Counted from the stretch's first letter, positions 31,965 to 42,230 are shown. The stretch: 64,000 nucleotides of DNA from Nitrospirota bacterium (GCA_963796125.1 CAWCKM010000022.1:7269-71268); one strand, 5' to 3'. The notes: generated from the sequence alone by a model not told the origin. Numbers and translations are program-made.

Positions 31965-32360
31965 GTTAAAATAACAAGCAAGTGTAATTGAACCTTTGGC
32001 GGCTGTTATGCGGAATTGATGAAGAAGCTGACAGTCTATCTAATGTAGTGCGGCCAAGGCTCTTTACTTATATGTGGCGTCAACATCCGTCATTCCTGCG
32101 AAGGCAGAAATGCATAATGAACAATTCAAGGGACATCATAGAGATTAGAGAGTGAATTAGGCAGAACACTGCAGCGACGAAAACCCGGCCCAAAGATAAA
32201 GAATAGGAAGAATTAAGCGGTGTCCCAGGAATCAAGGTTCCCAATAATCCACGCAATTTATAAATGATTGACTTAATATTCTTTTCACATCGTCTTCATC
32301 ATTTCTTCATAAGTTTTATATATAATATTAGAAAATATTTATTTTAAAGGAGAGCTGATA

Positions 32361-33164
32361 ATGTCCATTATCACAATTTCGCGAGGCTCTTATAGCAAAG
32401 GAAAAGATGTAGCAGAGAAAGTAGCTCAAAAATTGGGCTATGAATGCATTGCAAGAGATGCTATTATCGAGTCTTCAAAAGAATTTAATATTCCCGAAAT
32501 CAAACTGATTCGGGCCATTCACGACGCCCCTTCCATTCTGGAAAGATTTAACTGCTCCAAGGAAAAATATCTGGCCTATTTGCATGTTACCATGTTGGAG
32601 CATTTTCAAAAGGATAACGTGGTTTACCATGGTCTTGCTGGCCATTTCTTCATAAAAAATATCTCTCATGTGCTTAAGGTTAGAATTATCGCTGATATGG
32701 AAGATCGCGTGAAGCTTGAGATGGAACGTGAGGGAATTGCAAAAAGAGAGGCATCGCGCCTTCTGAAAAATGATGACAAAGAAAGACGTAAATGGTGCAA
32801 ATACATATATGGAATTGACAAATGGGATCCCAATCTCTATGACTTGGTTATCCATATTAAGAAAATTACAGTAAATGATGCGGCAGATATTATTTGTCAC
32901 ACTGTTGGATTGGAGCAATTTAAAGCAACTCCAGAATCACAAAAAGCTCTGGATAGCATGTTAATTGCTGCAAAAGTTAAGGCTGCAGTAATAGATGTGA
33001 AACCAGACATTGAAGTAGTTGCTGAGAATGGCACTATCTCAATAAAAGCCAAATACACAAAATTTAAAGATGAAGAAATGATTCATAAAATTGAGGAAAT
33101 AGCGAAAAGCGTTCCGGGAGTAAGAAGCGTTGAAGTTGATTTATTTGCTCATTTACGTGATTAA
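32361..33164 (+). CDS. Cytidylate-kinase-like family protein with C-terminal BON domain
   Basis: MSIITISRGSYSKGKDVAEKVAQKLGYECI is the Cytidylate_kin2-type N-terminus. The C-terminal VPGVRSVEVDL is BON-like. Confidence 0.7.
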   Translation: MSIITISRGSYSKGKDVAEKVAQKLGYECIARDAIIESSKEFNIPEIKLIRAIHDAPSILERFNCSKEKYLAYLHVTMLEHFQKDNVVYHGLAGHFFIKNISHVLKVRIIADMEDRVKLEMEREGIAKREASRLLKNDDKERRKWCKYIYGIDKWDPNLYDLVIHIKKITVNDAADIICHTVGLEQFKATPESQKALDSMLIAAKVKAAVIDVKPDIEVVAENGTISIKAKYTKFKDEEMIHKIEEIAKSVPGVRSVEVDLFAHLRD

Positions 33165-33190
33165 GGGTTGAGAAATCTCAATACAGCAAA

Positions 33191-33219
33191 GGGGCGAGAT
33201 AACTATCTCGCCCCTTTTT
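33191..33219. terminator. Bidirectional-looking intrinsic terminator between convergent genes
   Basis: Sequence ggggcgagat-aact-atctcgcccc followed by ttttt, and preceded by aaa. Confidence 0.7.
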
Positions 33220-33343
33220 AAATGCATATTTCAACAAATAATTATCAACAGCGAGGTCAAATGGTCGCGATCATAAAGTTTTCCACTCCTGTCTCATGTG
33301 TTCCATGAGGACTCCGGACATGACCCTGTTAATGGTCGTCCCG

Positions 33344-33589
33344 TTAACGTCCATCACGTCTTTCGCGTCCGTCGTCTCGTCTGTCAAACCTGTCGTGGTC
33401 GTCGCGTCCCCCTCTGAAGTAATATGGTGAATAGTAACCATACGGGTAATTATAGTAATCGTAATACCTGTAATGCGGATCGTCATAATATGGGTAATCA
33501 TAGTAAGGGCCGTGTCCAACGTAACCGACACAGGCGCAACATGCGATCAGCAGGCTCATAACGAAAATTATGCCAAGCCTTCTTTTCAT
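33344..33589 (-). CDS. Tyr/Pro/Asp-rich small lipoprotein
   Basis: Signal peptide with lipobox LIAC, then GPYYDYPYYDDPHYRYYDYYNYPYGYYSPYYF (17 Tyr in 81 aa by my count) and an Arg/Asp-rich tail. Confidence 0.5.
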   Translation of the reverse strand: MKRRLGIIFVMSLLIACCACVGYVGHGPYYDYPYYDDPHYRYYDYYNYPYGYYSPYYFRGGRDDHDRFDRRDDGRERRDGR

Positions 33590-33605
33590 TTTGTCCTCCT
33601 TCGGG

Positions 33606-34274
33606 TTATTCGCCGCCTTCCTTCATCTTTTTTCCTCTTTCCATCATCATCTGTCCTTCTTGCATCATGATATCCCCTCTCTCCATCATTATCGTGCATT
33701 CTTCCTCCATCATATCCTTATCCGACATCATGGCATCTCTTGCTGTCATCGTCTGGCCCTCTGTCATCGCCTTTGCTTTTTCCGTCATCTTCTCACCCCT
33801 CTTCATCATCATCTCCCCGCTCTTTGTCAATAACGATCCTTCTTTCATCATCATGTTCTTATCCAGATAGATCCCCTCCGTCAGCATCTTCCCTTTCTCT
33901 GCCGGTATCTCGCCTTCTTTAATCTTCTTTCCTCTCTCGGTCAGCATCTTTCCTCTCTCCATCATCAGTTTCCCTTTTTCCATCAACGTTTCCCCTTCTT
34001 TGATCTGGAGAGCCTGATCTATCATCCGGCCTTCTTTCATCGCTTTCCCTTTTTCCATCAACAGTTCTCCCTCTTTCACCTGAATCTTGCCCTCTTCTAT
34101 CCGCTTCTCGCCTTCTTTCATCATTATGCCGGCTTTCTCAATCATGGTCTCACCTTCTTTTGCCATCATGTCCTTGTCCGGCATTACTTCAGCGCTTTCA
34201 ACGGATGTAACCTGTGAGGAGAGCATCAAAGCAATAAAGATAACAGCAGTCAATAATATGTATGCCTTTTTCAT
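33606..34274 (-). CDS. Secreted Met/Glu/Lys/Gly-rich repeat protein
   Basis: Signal peptide MKKAYILLTAVIFIALMLSS, then reiterated M-x-E/K-G-E/K units (MMKEGE, MEKGK, MMERGK, MMMKEG). About 37 Met in 222 aa by my count. Confidence 0.65.
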   Translation of the reverse strand: MKKAYILLTAVIFIALMLSSQVTSVESAEVMPDKDMMAKEGETMIEKAGIMMKEGEKRIEEGKIQVKEGELLMEKGKAMKEGRMIDQALQIKEGETLMEKGKLMMERGKMLTERGKKIKEGEIPAEKGKMLTEGIYLDKNMMMKEGSLLTKSGEMMMKRGEKMTEKAKAMTEGQTMTARDAMMSDKDMMEEECTIMMERGDIMMQEGQMMMERGKKMKEGGE

Positions 34275-34436
34275 CCTAATTCCTCCTTCCGAAAAATGAG
34301 ATAGTTTTGATGTCTTAACGGTCCCGCTTTGCTGATAAAGTTGTCGTGTTCCTCAATAGACAAGCAAGATAAACCTCCTTTCAGTTGTTCGACTTCAGAT
34401 CCAATGTCGATACTATATATCTAAAAAAAGAATTGA

Positions 34437-34503
34437 TGTATCAGCATACGTCTGATTTTTTTGTAGGAGTTTGTCTTTTTGTTTTGTAGGAATTTGTCTT
34501 ACG
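34437..34503 (-). promoter_or_regulatory. Promoter-like motif copy (minus strand, with a tandem upstream half-site), upstream of Met-rich protein gene
   Basis: The reverse complement reads cgtaagacaaattcctacaaaacaaaaagacaaactcctacaaaaaaatcagacgtatgctgataca. Confidence 0.4.
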
Positions 34504-34590
34504 ATAACAAATGCAGCGTCGGGGAGAGTCTTGATATTGTGTATAGACAGAGAATTCCTGTGTTAATATAGAGTCACTTTTGGAAAGCCT

Positions 34591-36036
34591 ATGGCATATA
34601 AAGACCTGAGAGAGTTTATTCGTTTACTGGAAAAGAAGGGGCTTCTTAAGCGCATAACTGCAGAGGTTGATCCTGTCCTTGAGATAGCCGAGATAAACGA
34701 CCGGGTTGTGAAAGAGGATGGACCTGCTCTCTTTTTCGAGAAACCAAAGAATTCAAAGTTCCCTTGTGTGGTAAATCTCTTTGGCTCATTTGAACGGATG
34801 AAGCTTGCTCTTGAAGTAAACAGTCTTGATGAAATTGGTCATCGGATGCTTGAGTTCCTCGAACCTGATATCCCTACGAATCTCATAGAGAAATTGAAGG
34901 CCCTGCCAAAACTGAAAAGACTTGCAGACTTCCTCCCAAAGTATGTTAATTCAGGCCCCTGCAAAGAGGTAGTTTTTAAAGATAATCTTTCGCTGAATGT
35001 CTTTCCGATTCTTAAGACATGGCCTGATGACGGCGGGAAATTTATTACGCTCCCCATGGTTTTTACTAAAGATCCTGAAACGGGTATACGAAATTGCGGG
35101 ATGTACAGGATGCAGGTCTACGATCAGAAAACCACAGGCATGCACTGGCATATGCATAAAGACGGGGCAAAACATTACAGGAATGCAGAAAGAACACGGT
35201 AAGAGACTTGAAGTAGCTGTTGCAATAGGTTCCGACCCTGCAGTGATGTATTCTTCTACAGCGCCTTTACCTGAAGGAGTGGATGAAATGCTCTTTGCAG
35301 GATTTCTGAGAGGCTCCCCTGTGGAGTTGATAAAATGTGAAACAGTAAACCTTGAGGTGCCTGCAAATGCAGAGATTGTCCTTGAAGGGTATTGCGAACC
35401 CAAAGAGAGAAGGGATTGAAGGTCCTTTCGGAGACCATACAGGATATTATTCACTCAAAGATGAATTTCCTGTATTCCATATAACCTGCATAACACACAG
35501 AAAGGATGCTATCTATCCGGCAACGATTGTAGGAAAGCCGCCGATGGAAGACTGCTATATTGCAAAAGCAACAGAGAGGATTTTTTTGCCCCTTATTCAA
35601 AAACAGATTTCCTGAAATTGTTGATATAAATCTTCCTATGGAAGGAGTCTTTCACAATATTGCAATTGTTTCTATAGACAAACGCTATCCGGGACATGCG
35701 AGGCGTGTCATGTATGCCTTGTGGGGAATGGGACAGATGAGTTTTACCAAGATGATTGTCATAGTGGATAAAGAGGTCGATGTGCAGAACCCGGGCGAGG
35801 TTATATGGAAGATCGGAAATAATGTTGATCCGAAAAGAGACGTTGTTATTGTGGAAGGTCCTCTCGATGTCCTTGAACATGCCTCAAACATTCCTGCCTA
35901 TGGAGGGAAGATGGGTATTGATGCAACAAAGAAGTGGAAGTCAGAGGGTTTCCTGAGGGAATGGCCTGATGAGATAGTCATGTCAGAGGAGATAAAGAGG
36001 CTTGTGGAGAAACGGTGGAAGGAGTACGGGTTTTGA
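34591..36036 (+). CDS. ubiD: UbiD-family (prenylated-FMN dependent) decarboxylase; about 3 apparent frameshifts
   Basis: MAYKDLREFIRLLEKKGLLKRI...GPALFFEKPK, GMYRMQVYD, GPFGDHTGYY and IVGKPPMED blocks are spread over ORFs 34591-35202, 34997-35419, 35352-35615 and 35560-36036. Confidence 0.85.
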
Positions 36037-36212
36037 ATCAAATTATCTACTGGATTATAGACAAGGGCAGGATACAGTATTTTCGCTCATTCTCGGTCGC
36101 GATCGACCTCCGAGGCTTTTGCCTCTTTATCAAGTAATAGTCTTCAAAGGACTATCGGCAAAAGAAACCGCTCAAATACTATACCCTGACTCTATACGGA
36201 TTTAGATAAATT

Positions 36213-36825
36213 ATGGGAACATACACAATAGCTATAACAGGAGCAAGCGGCAGTATTTATGGTGTAAGGCTTCTCAAATATCTTCTTGAGAAAAAACATA
36301 CAGTATATCTGACGATAACCAAAGAGGGCGGCCTCATCTTGAAAGAAGAGATGGGTTTCAACTGGCAGGGATAAAGCAGAAAGAGATAGAGATAGAGAAG
36401 AAGATCAAAAGAGACCTCAAACTAAAAGAGATAAAACTTCATTACTTTAGTGAAGATAACCTTTCTGCACCATATCAAGCGGCTCAGTTAAAGTTGATGC
36501 CATGGTTGTCATCCCTTGTTCAATGAAGACCCTTTCAGGGATTGCATGCGGATATGCAAATAACCTTGTCGAGAGAGCAGCAGATGTAATGTTAAAGGAA
36601 GGACGCACGCTTATCCTTGTACCGAGGGAAACACCACTCAATAGTATCCATCTGCGAAATATGCTTACTCTTTCAGAGATCGGAGTGAAGATTATTCCGG
36701 CAATGCCTGCCTTTTACAGTTGTCCTGAAAAAATAGATGACCTTGTTGATTTTATGGTTGGAAAAGTCCTTGATTCCTTAGGCATAGAGAACAGTCTCTT
36801 CAGGCGCTGGAAAGGAAACGCTTGA
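36213..36825 (+). CDS. ubiX: UbiX flavin prenyltransferase; at least 2 apparent frameshifts
   Basis: N-terminal IAITGASGSIYGVRLLKYLL (ATG 36213). The C-terminal part is MVVIPCSMKTLSGIA.GYANNLVERAADV.LKEGR.LILVPRETP in ORF 36502-36825. Confidence 0.8.
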
Positions 36826-36867
36826 AATAAGAATTACTAAGTAGTCATAGGTACGGTTATTTAGTCT

Positions 36868-36895
36868 GTCATTCCCGCTTGTCGGGAATCTTTCT
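36868..36895. repeat. Single arm of the MITE-like element
   Basis: Sequence gtcattcccgcttgtcgggaatctttct, identical to the left arms at 20436 and 39877. Confidence 0.6.
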
Positions 36896-36927
36896 TGTTA
36901 GTATCTGGGCCAAAGGAGGTGAAAACA

Positions 36928-37394
36928 ATGGCTGTATACTAATCATGGAAAAATTGCTACAGTAATCCTATTTATTGGGTTTGCCGGTATTGCTATTGCT
37001 TTTATTCTTTCTTTTAGGTCCGCCAAGGTTATTAGCAAGGACTGATACCCCTGGATTCTGTGTAAGGTGCCATGTTATGGAGCCATATTATGAGGCATGG
37101 TTTCATTCAGGTGCGCATAGAAGAAAAGCCTGTGTTGAATGTCACCTTCCCAATGACAGCATTGCAAACCATTACCTTTGGAAAGTAGTGTTTGGGGTTA
37201 AAGAGGTTATGGTTTATTATTCCGGCAAGGTTCCAGAAATAATTAAAATCACTTCTCAAGGAGGGAAGGTTTTACAGACCAATTGTATTCGATGTCATGA
37301 AACTACAGTAATGCTCATCGATTCAGAGAGAAGATGCTGGAATTGTCACAGGAGCATTTCTCATATGCGTGCAGGAATAACGGAAACATTATAA
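36928..37394 (+). CDS. nrfH: NrfH (NapC/NirT-type tetraheme cytochrome c); about 2 apparent frameshifts in the N-terminal TM region
   Basis: Four CxxCH motifs: CVRCH, CVECH, CIRCH and CWNCH. The TM helix KIATVILFIGFAGIAIAFIL is in another frame upstream. GGAGGTG RBS precedes ATG 36928. Confidence 0.8.
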
Positions 37395-37472
37395 TCTATA
37401 TAATCTATTCCCCTTTTTTCTAAAGAGGGTGAAGGGGATATTACGGGGATTAACGAATTGGAGGTGTTTCAA

Positions 37473-38944
37473 ATGCAAAAGAAAAAATATTTAGTGGTTG
37501 GTTTGATTATATTTACTGTGATTGCTGTAATCATTTCTTACGGATGTCAGCCACCTAAAACAGAGCCGGTGAGACCGGTAAAGATCGCTGACGGTGACAT
37601 AGATCCTGCTAACTGGGGGAAGGCATATCCAATCCACTATGACCTCTGGAAGAAGACAGAAGAGCCAACTGAACCTGGAAAAAGCAAATATAAAAAAGGT
37701 TTTGATGCAGATAGGATTATCTACGATAAATTGTCAGAATATCCATATATGGCCCTCCTGTTTAATGGATGGGGGTTTGGTATCGAGTACAATGAACCAC
37801 GAGGTCACGCCTATATGGTAATAGACCAGCTCGATATCGACTCAGGGAAGGGTAAAGGCAGGAGGTGTCTGTCTTACCTGTAAGAGCCCCTATGCTCCTA
37901 AACTTGAAAAGGAAATGGGCATTGATTATTACAAAATGCCTTTCAAAGAGGTTTATGCAAGGATTCCCGATCAGTTCAGAGAAACTCGGGGTAGCATGTA
38001 TTGACTGCCATAACAACAGAGACATGTCACTGAGTATCTCAAGGGGATTTGTATTAAATGCAGCATTTAAAGGATATGGGTGTAGAACCAGAGAAATTAA
38101 CCCGCCAGGAGATGAGAAGCATTCTTTGTGCACAGTGCCATGTTACCTACGACATCATAAAAGATCAGGAAATGAAATCAGTCGGTCTTTTCTTTCCGTG
38201 GCAGGGTAGCAAGATGGGAAATATTTCAGTTGAAAATATCATTAAAAAGATACGGAGCGATCCTTCACTATTTAGAGTGGAAGCAGTCGGTAACAGGCTT
38301 TAAACTGGCCTTTATCAGACATCCGGAATTTGAACTCTTTTCCAACAACAGTGTCCACTGGAAAGCAGGTACAGCCTGTGCAGATTGCCACATGCCATAT
38401 ACAAAAATTGGAACCTATAAAGTATCAAACCATCGCGTTACGAGCCCTCTCAAAACAGACCTGAGGGCATGCATGCAGTGCCATTCAGAGAGTGCTGATT
38501 GGTTGAGAGAACAGGTGGAAAACATTCAGGATAGAACGGTTTCACTCATGATCCGTGCTGGCTATGCAACAGCTACTACAGCGAAACTCATTTGAGAAAG
38601 TTCATAATGCTCAGGCTGCAGGCAAAAACATAGACAAGACACTTTATGATAAGGCCAAAGACTACTATGAAGAGGCTTTCTATCGCGTAATCTTTATTGG
38701 TGCGGAAAACTCTGTTGGATTCCACAATCCAGCCGAGGCTTCAAGAGTCCTGGGAGATTCCCTTGCCTTTGCAGGGAAAGCAGAAGGATATCTAAGACAG
38801 GCTCTTGCCAAGGCTGGTGTTGATGTGCCTCTTAAAGTTGACCTTGAATTAAATAAGTATCTTGAAAGTAGAGGGGAGAAGAAACTGAAATTCAATCCGG
38901 CAGTTGAAATCAAAGATCCCTTCGGAATTCAGGAAAGGTTTTAA
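37473..38944 (+). pseudogene. nrfA: Pentaheme cytochrome c nitrite reductase NrfA, at least 4 frame disruptions
   Basis: CLTCK (CxxCK active-site heme) plus CIDCH, CAQCH, CADCH and CMQCH. The gene is spread over ORFs 37458-37883, 37865-38209, 38058-38303, 38230-38595 and 38555-38944. Confidence 0.85.
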
Positions 38945-38963
38945 CTTTTCTGTGATCTGAAAA

Positions 38964-39621
38964 GTGAAAGAAATAATTAAGACACAAGTTAGAGAACTTC
39001 TGGAAGAAAGAGAATATGACCACCTTGTTGATTTGTGTGTGATAGACAGGCATGCCTGGCAGGAGACTCCGTTTCCGCCTTTATGAAATTGATGAGAGGA
39101 CCCGCTGGTCGGCTATCGAAGCTACTGCAAAACTCATGAAACGATGGTGGGAGTTAAAACAACAGGAAAAGGTAAGAGATTTTATCAGAAACCTCTTCTG
39201 GTCCATGACCGATGAATCCGGAGGGGTTGGCTGGAGCTCTCCTCAAACAATCGCAGAGATTATTGTGAACATTCCTGAGACTCTTGATCCTTACGGGAGC
39301 ATGATGATTGCTTACTCTATCGAAGAGCAACCACTCATGAAAGGAGGTCTTTGGGGAATAGGAAGAATGGGAAAATTGATAGCCGAAGCTGTTGATTTTT
39401 TCCAGGAAAAGATATTGGCAGTCTTCCAGAGTGAAGATACCGAAACCCTTGGGCTTGCTGCATGGGCGATGGGTGAGGTGGGGTTTAAGCCATCTCTGTC
39501 TTATCTAAGAAATTTACAAGAACGAAACGAACCTGTGCGGATTTATATAGATGGTGATTTTTCTGAAAAACCATTGGGACAGTGGGCAAAGGAAGCTATG
39601 GACAAGATAGCAAAGTCATGA
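38964..39621 (+). CDS. Helical-repeat (HEAT/ARM-like) protein of unknown function; apparent frameshift near 39055
   Basis: A GTG-started segment VKEIIKTQVRELLEEREYDHLVDLC joins ORF 39052-39621. No motif is recognised. Confidence 0.4.
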
Positions 39622-39652
39622 TAGAAGAAAGAGGAAAGAAAGGGGAATAAGT

Positions 39653-39841
39653 TTGGAACTTATCATCGTAATTGTCATAATTCTCATTCTTTTTGGAGGA
39701 TGGAGACTACCCAAGATTAGCAGAAGCATTGGACGAACTATTGGTTATCTCAAGAAGGCTACGACTGAAAAGACGGACGGGGAGACTAAGGAAAAGAAGG
39801 AAGAACTGGAGAAAAAAAAGAAGGAGAACAATTCTTCTTAG
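39653..39841 (+). CDS. tatA: Twin-arginine translocase TatA/E
   Basis: ELIIVIVIILILFGGWRLPKISRSIGRTIGYLKKA is the TatA TM-hinge-amphipathic helix pattern. TTG start. Confidence 0.8.
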   Translation: MELIIVIVIILILFGGWRLPKISRSIGRTIGYLKKATTEKTDGETKEKKEELEKKKKENNSS

Positions 39842-39876
39842 ATACTGAGGAGTTCATTAATAGAACCACGCAATTT

Positions 39877-39962
39877 GTCATTCCCGCTTGTCGGGAATCT
39901 TTCTTAAAGAACCGGAAGGATTGCGGATTCATCCGCCTGAGGCGGACAAGAGCCGCAATGAC
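39877..39962. repeat. MITE-like palindromic element (longest copy)
   Basis: Sequence gtcattcccgcttgtcgggaatctttct...ggaaggattgcggattcatccgcctgaggcggacaagagccgcaatgac. Confidence 0.65.
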
Positions 39963-40017
39963 AGAAATCAGTACGAAATGAGGGTTTGTTTTTGATCTTA
40001 TTAGTAATTAGAAAACT

Positions 40018-40338
40018 TCAATATAACACATCATTTTCAAACAACTTAGCAATAAGTTCCCTGTGATAAGGGATGGTGAAGATACCTTTCTTTCTCATCA
40101 AAACATAATAGTCATCCAGGGAAAAACTGTTTTCAAATTTCTTCAGTGTTGTGCGATATGTTATATAAGACATGCTGAGGATTTCATCGGCAAGAAATAT
40201 GAAGGCTGTCTTGTCAGGGGTGATGCTCCCCGGGCCTTCTTTTTCCAGTCTATCCAAAAAGTTTTGCAGATCAAGATAATCATATTCATTTTCTGATATA
40301 AAAGCCTGATTCAATTTCGGACGGTCTGTCTGGTACAT
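40018..40338 (-). CDS. Hypothetical 106-aa protein, overlapping the 3-prime end of the B12-rSAM gene
   Basis: The ORF overlaps the upstream gene by 53 nt as drawn; a later TTG start is possible. No recognisable family. Confidence 0.4.
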   Translation of the reverse strand: MYQTDRPKLNQAFISENEYDYLDLQNFLDRLEKEGPGSITPDKTAFIFLADEILSMSYITYRTTLKKFENSFSLDDYYVLMRKKGIFTIPYHRELIAKLFENDVLY

Positions 40339-41995
40339 GCTTTTGTATGGTTGTAGGTTTTCGCTGACACATGGCCTTCTTAATGCTGAAACACGTCAGA
40401 TCCTCAATAAAGGGAATCCTGAAAAGATAGGATTCATTTTTCATGGTATGGAGCTTCAGGAAATTGAGCAACTCATACTTGTCGAGGGATGCAAATACGT
40501 TTCCGGGCCTGTTTGTATATTCTTCTGTAACAATCTCTTCAATCAGGTCTACCAACAGATTGCCCAGACAATGAATCATGATATGAAACATCTCGTGGAA
40601 GTTATTACCGAGCATCTTGAATATTTCTATCAGGAGTTCACACCTGAAGACGTCTTTTTCAGACAAAGTTTCCGGTATGTAGATAAAGAAATTATTTACA
40701 GGGAAACTGTATGTCTCCTGTGCCCGGATTCTCCTTGCAGATGATATAAGCGTATCAAAATCTTTCGGGTGGTCAACATACTTTTCCCAGTAAAGGCTTG
40801 CTATATCAGTTGACAGGTGGTCGTAATGTACTCGTGCATTTGTCATATTGTGCACGAATAAGTCATGTTGCAAGCGGAAGATGCCGGCGATCTCTTTCTT
40901 CATCTCCGGGTAGGTCTTCAGGGCGTCATGGTATCGGCTGAAAAAGATCGAAACCTTTACGTTGTCTTCCAGGGACCGGTGAATGAGGGAGGTGTTTTCC
41001 CTGAGTTCCTGTATGGAATAAGCAACGCTTTGATTTTTTATTTTCTTTCGGGCTTCATCGTCAAAGACTTCCGGTGAAAGTTCAAAGAGTGGTTTTATGT
41101 CTCTGTCAAAGACGAAAAGATGTTTGTAAAGGTTCAGAAATTCATTATCCGGTAATTGCCAGGCCCCATAGTTTAACTGGAAGGTTTTGATCAGGTCTTT
41201 TTCTCCGAGCATCGCTTCGAATAGTGACTTTATGTAACTCCTGTTATTCTCATAGCATATGTATATCTTTTTCGTAACATCCTTAATCCGTTTCAAATCA
41301 GCAATGACTGAGGCGACACTTCTTAGTACAGAATTTCCTCTTTTGCTATGCAGTGTGAATGACCTCCTGCTGCCCCCGCAATAGGCACAGTTAAATTCAC
41401 ATCCCCGTCCTATAAAGACAGGAAACCCAAGCTTTTCCTCAATTGCCTTTACATACAGTTCATAATCATAAAGATATGTCAAATCACTGAACGATATCTG
41501 TGAGAGGGTCTCTTCGTCAATGAGATAAGAGGTTCCGTTTGAATGAATCTCTGCACTGTCCCTGTAAATCAAATTCGGAATCTCAGAGGGATCTGCACCC
41601 CTGAGGAGAAGTTCCAGAGGCTTTTCAGGATCACCTTTTACAACATAGTCGATAAAACGGCATTTTTGAAGAAGGTTTTCCCCAAAATACCCGGCGGTAA
41701 AGCCGCCACTGATAATTTTCAGATGATTGTAACGGGCCTTTATGTATTCACTAACCCAGAGAGCCCCTTCTGCTGTTTCCTGCCAGTGGAAAATAAGGCC
41801 GATATGGGTAGGTTGAAACTGGTTCAGGTATTCTTCAAGGATAGGTTCTGTATCTGTATTATCGTAGAGGGATAAATTTATGATTTTTACCGGAATGTTT
41901 TTCTGGCCGAGGTAGTCACAGACGCCAAAGGTCCCCATGGGAACATACATAAAATATTCACTCGGACAATTAATAAATAACAGTCGTGATTGCAT
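40286..41995 (-). CDS. B12-binding (class B) radical SAM protein with about 250-aa uncharacterised C-terminal extension
   Basis: N-terminal cobalamin-binding-like domain (LKIISGGFTAGYF...DYVVKGDPEKPLELLL), then GRGCEFNCAYCGG, a CxxxCxxC motif. Confidence 0.85.
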   Translation of the reverse strand: MQSRLLFINCPSEYFMYVPMGTFGVCDYLGQKNIPVKIINLSLYDNTDTEPILEEYLNQFQPTHIGLIFHWQETAEGALWVSEYIKARYNHLKIISGGFTAGYFGENLLQKCRFIDYVVKGDPEKPLELLLRGADPSEIPNLIYRDSAEIHSNGTSYLIDEETLSQISFSDLTYLYDYELYVKAIEEKLGFPVFIGRGCEFNCAYCGGSRRSFTLHSKRGNSVLRSVASVIADLKRIKDVTKKIYICYENNRSYIKSLFEAMLGEKDLIKTFQLNYGAWQLPDNEFLNLYKHLFVFDRDIKPLFELSPEVFDDEARKKIKNQSVAYSIQELRENTSLIHRSLEDNVKVSIFFSRYHDALKTYPEMKKEIAGIFRLQHDLFVHNMTNARVHYDHLSTDIASLYWEKYVDHPKDFDTLISSARRIRAQETYSFPVNNFFIYIPETLSEKDVFRCELLIEIFKMLGNNFHEMFHIMIHCLGNLLVDLIEEIVTEEYTNRPGNVFASLDKYELLNFLKLHTMKNESYLFRIPFIEDLTCFSIKKAMCQRKPTTIQKHVPDRPSEIESGFYIRK

Positions 41996-42230
41996 ATATA
42001 CCCTTTCTCAATGGTAATTGTTGGTTATTATAACAGTTACTAAAAGTTCATAAGTAAGGCATATTCTAACACTCTCCCCTCGACCCCTCTTCCAGCGAGT
42101 TGCCTAGGCTCCCGTCAAGGGAGTGGAAGGAATAACATTCCTCTCCCTTGATGGGAGCTGGAAAGTAGAGGGTGTGTGGTTTTACTATAATTCCTCAGTA
42201 GCGTTCGTAAGACGGATACTGACACGAAAA

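Noticed and set aside
33271-33531. 86-aa alternative-frame ORF over the Tyr-rich gene.
   Set aside because: It is an artefact of the low-complexity repeat. It lacks a signal peptide and RBS, unlike the 33344-33589 frame.
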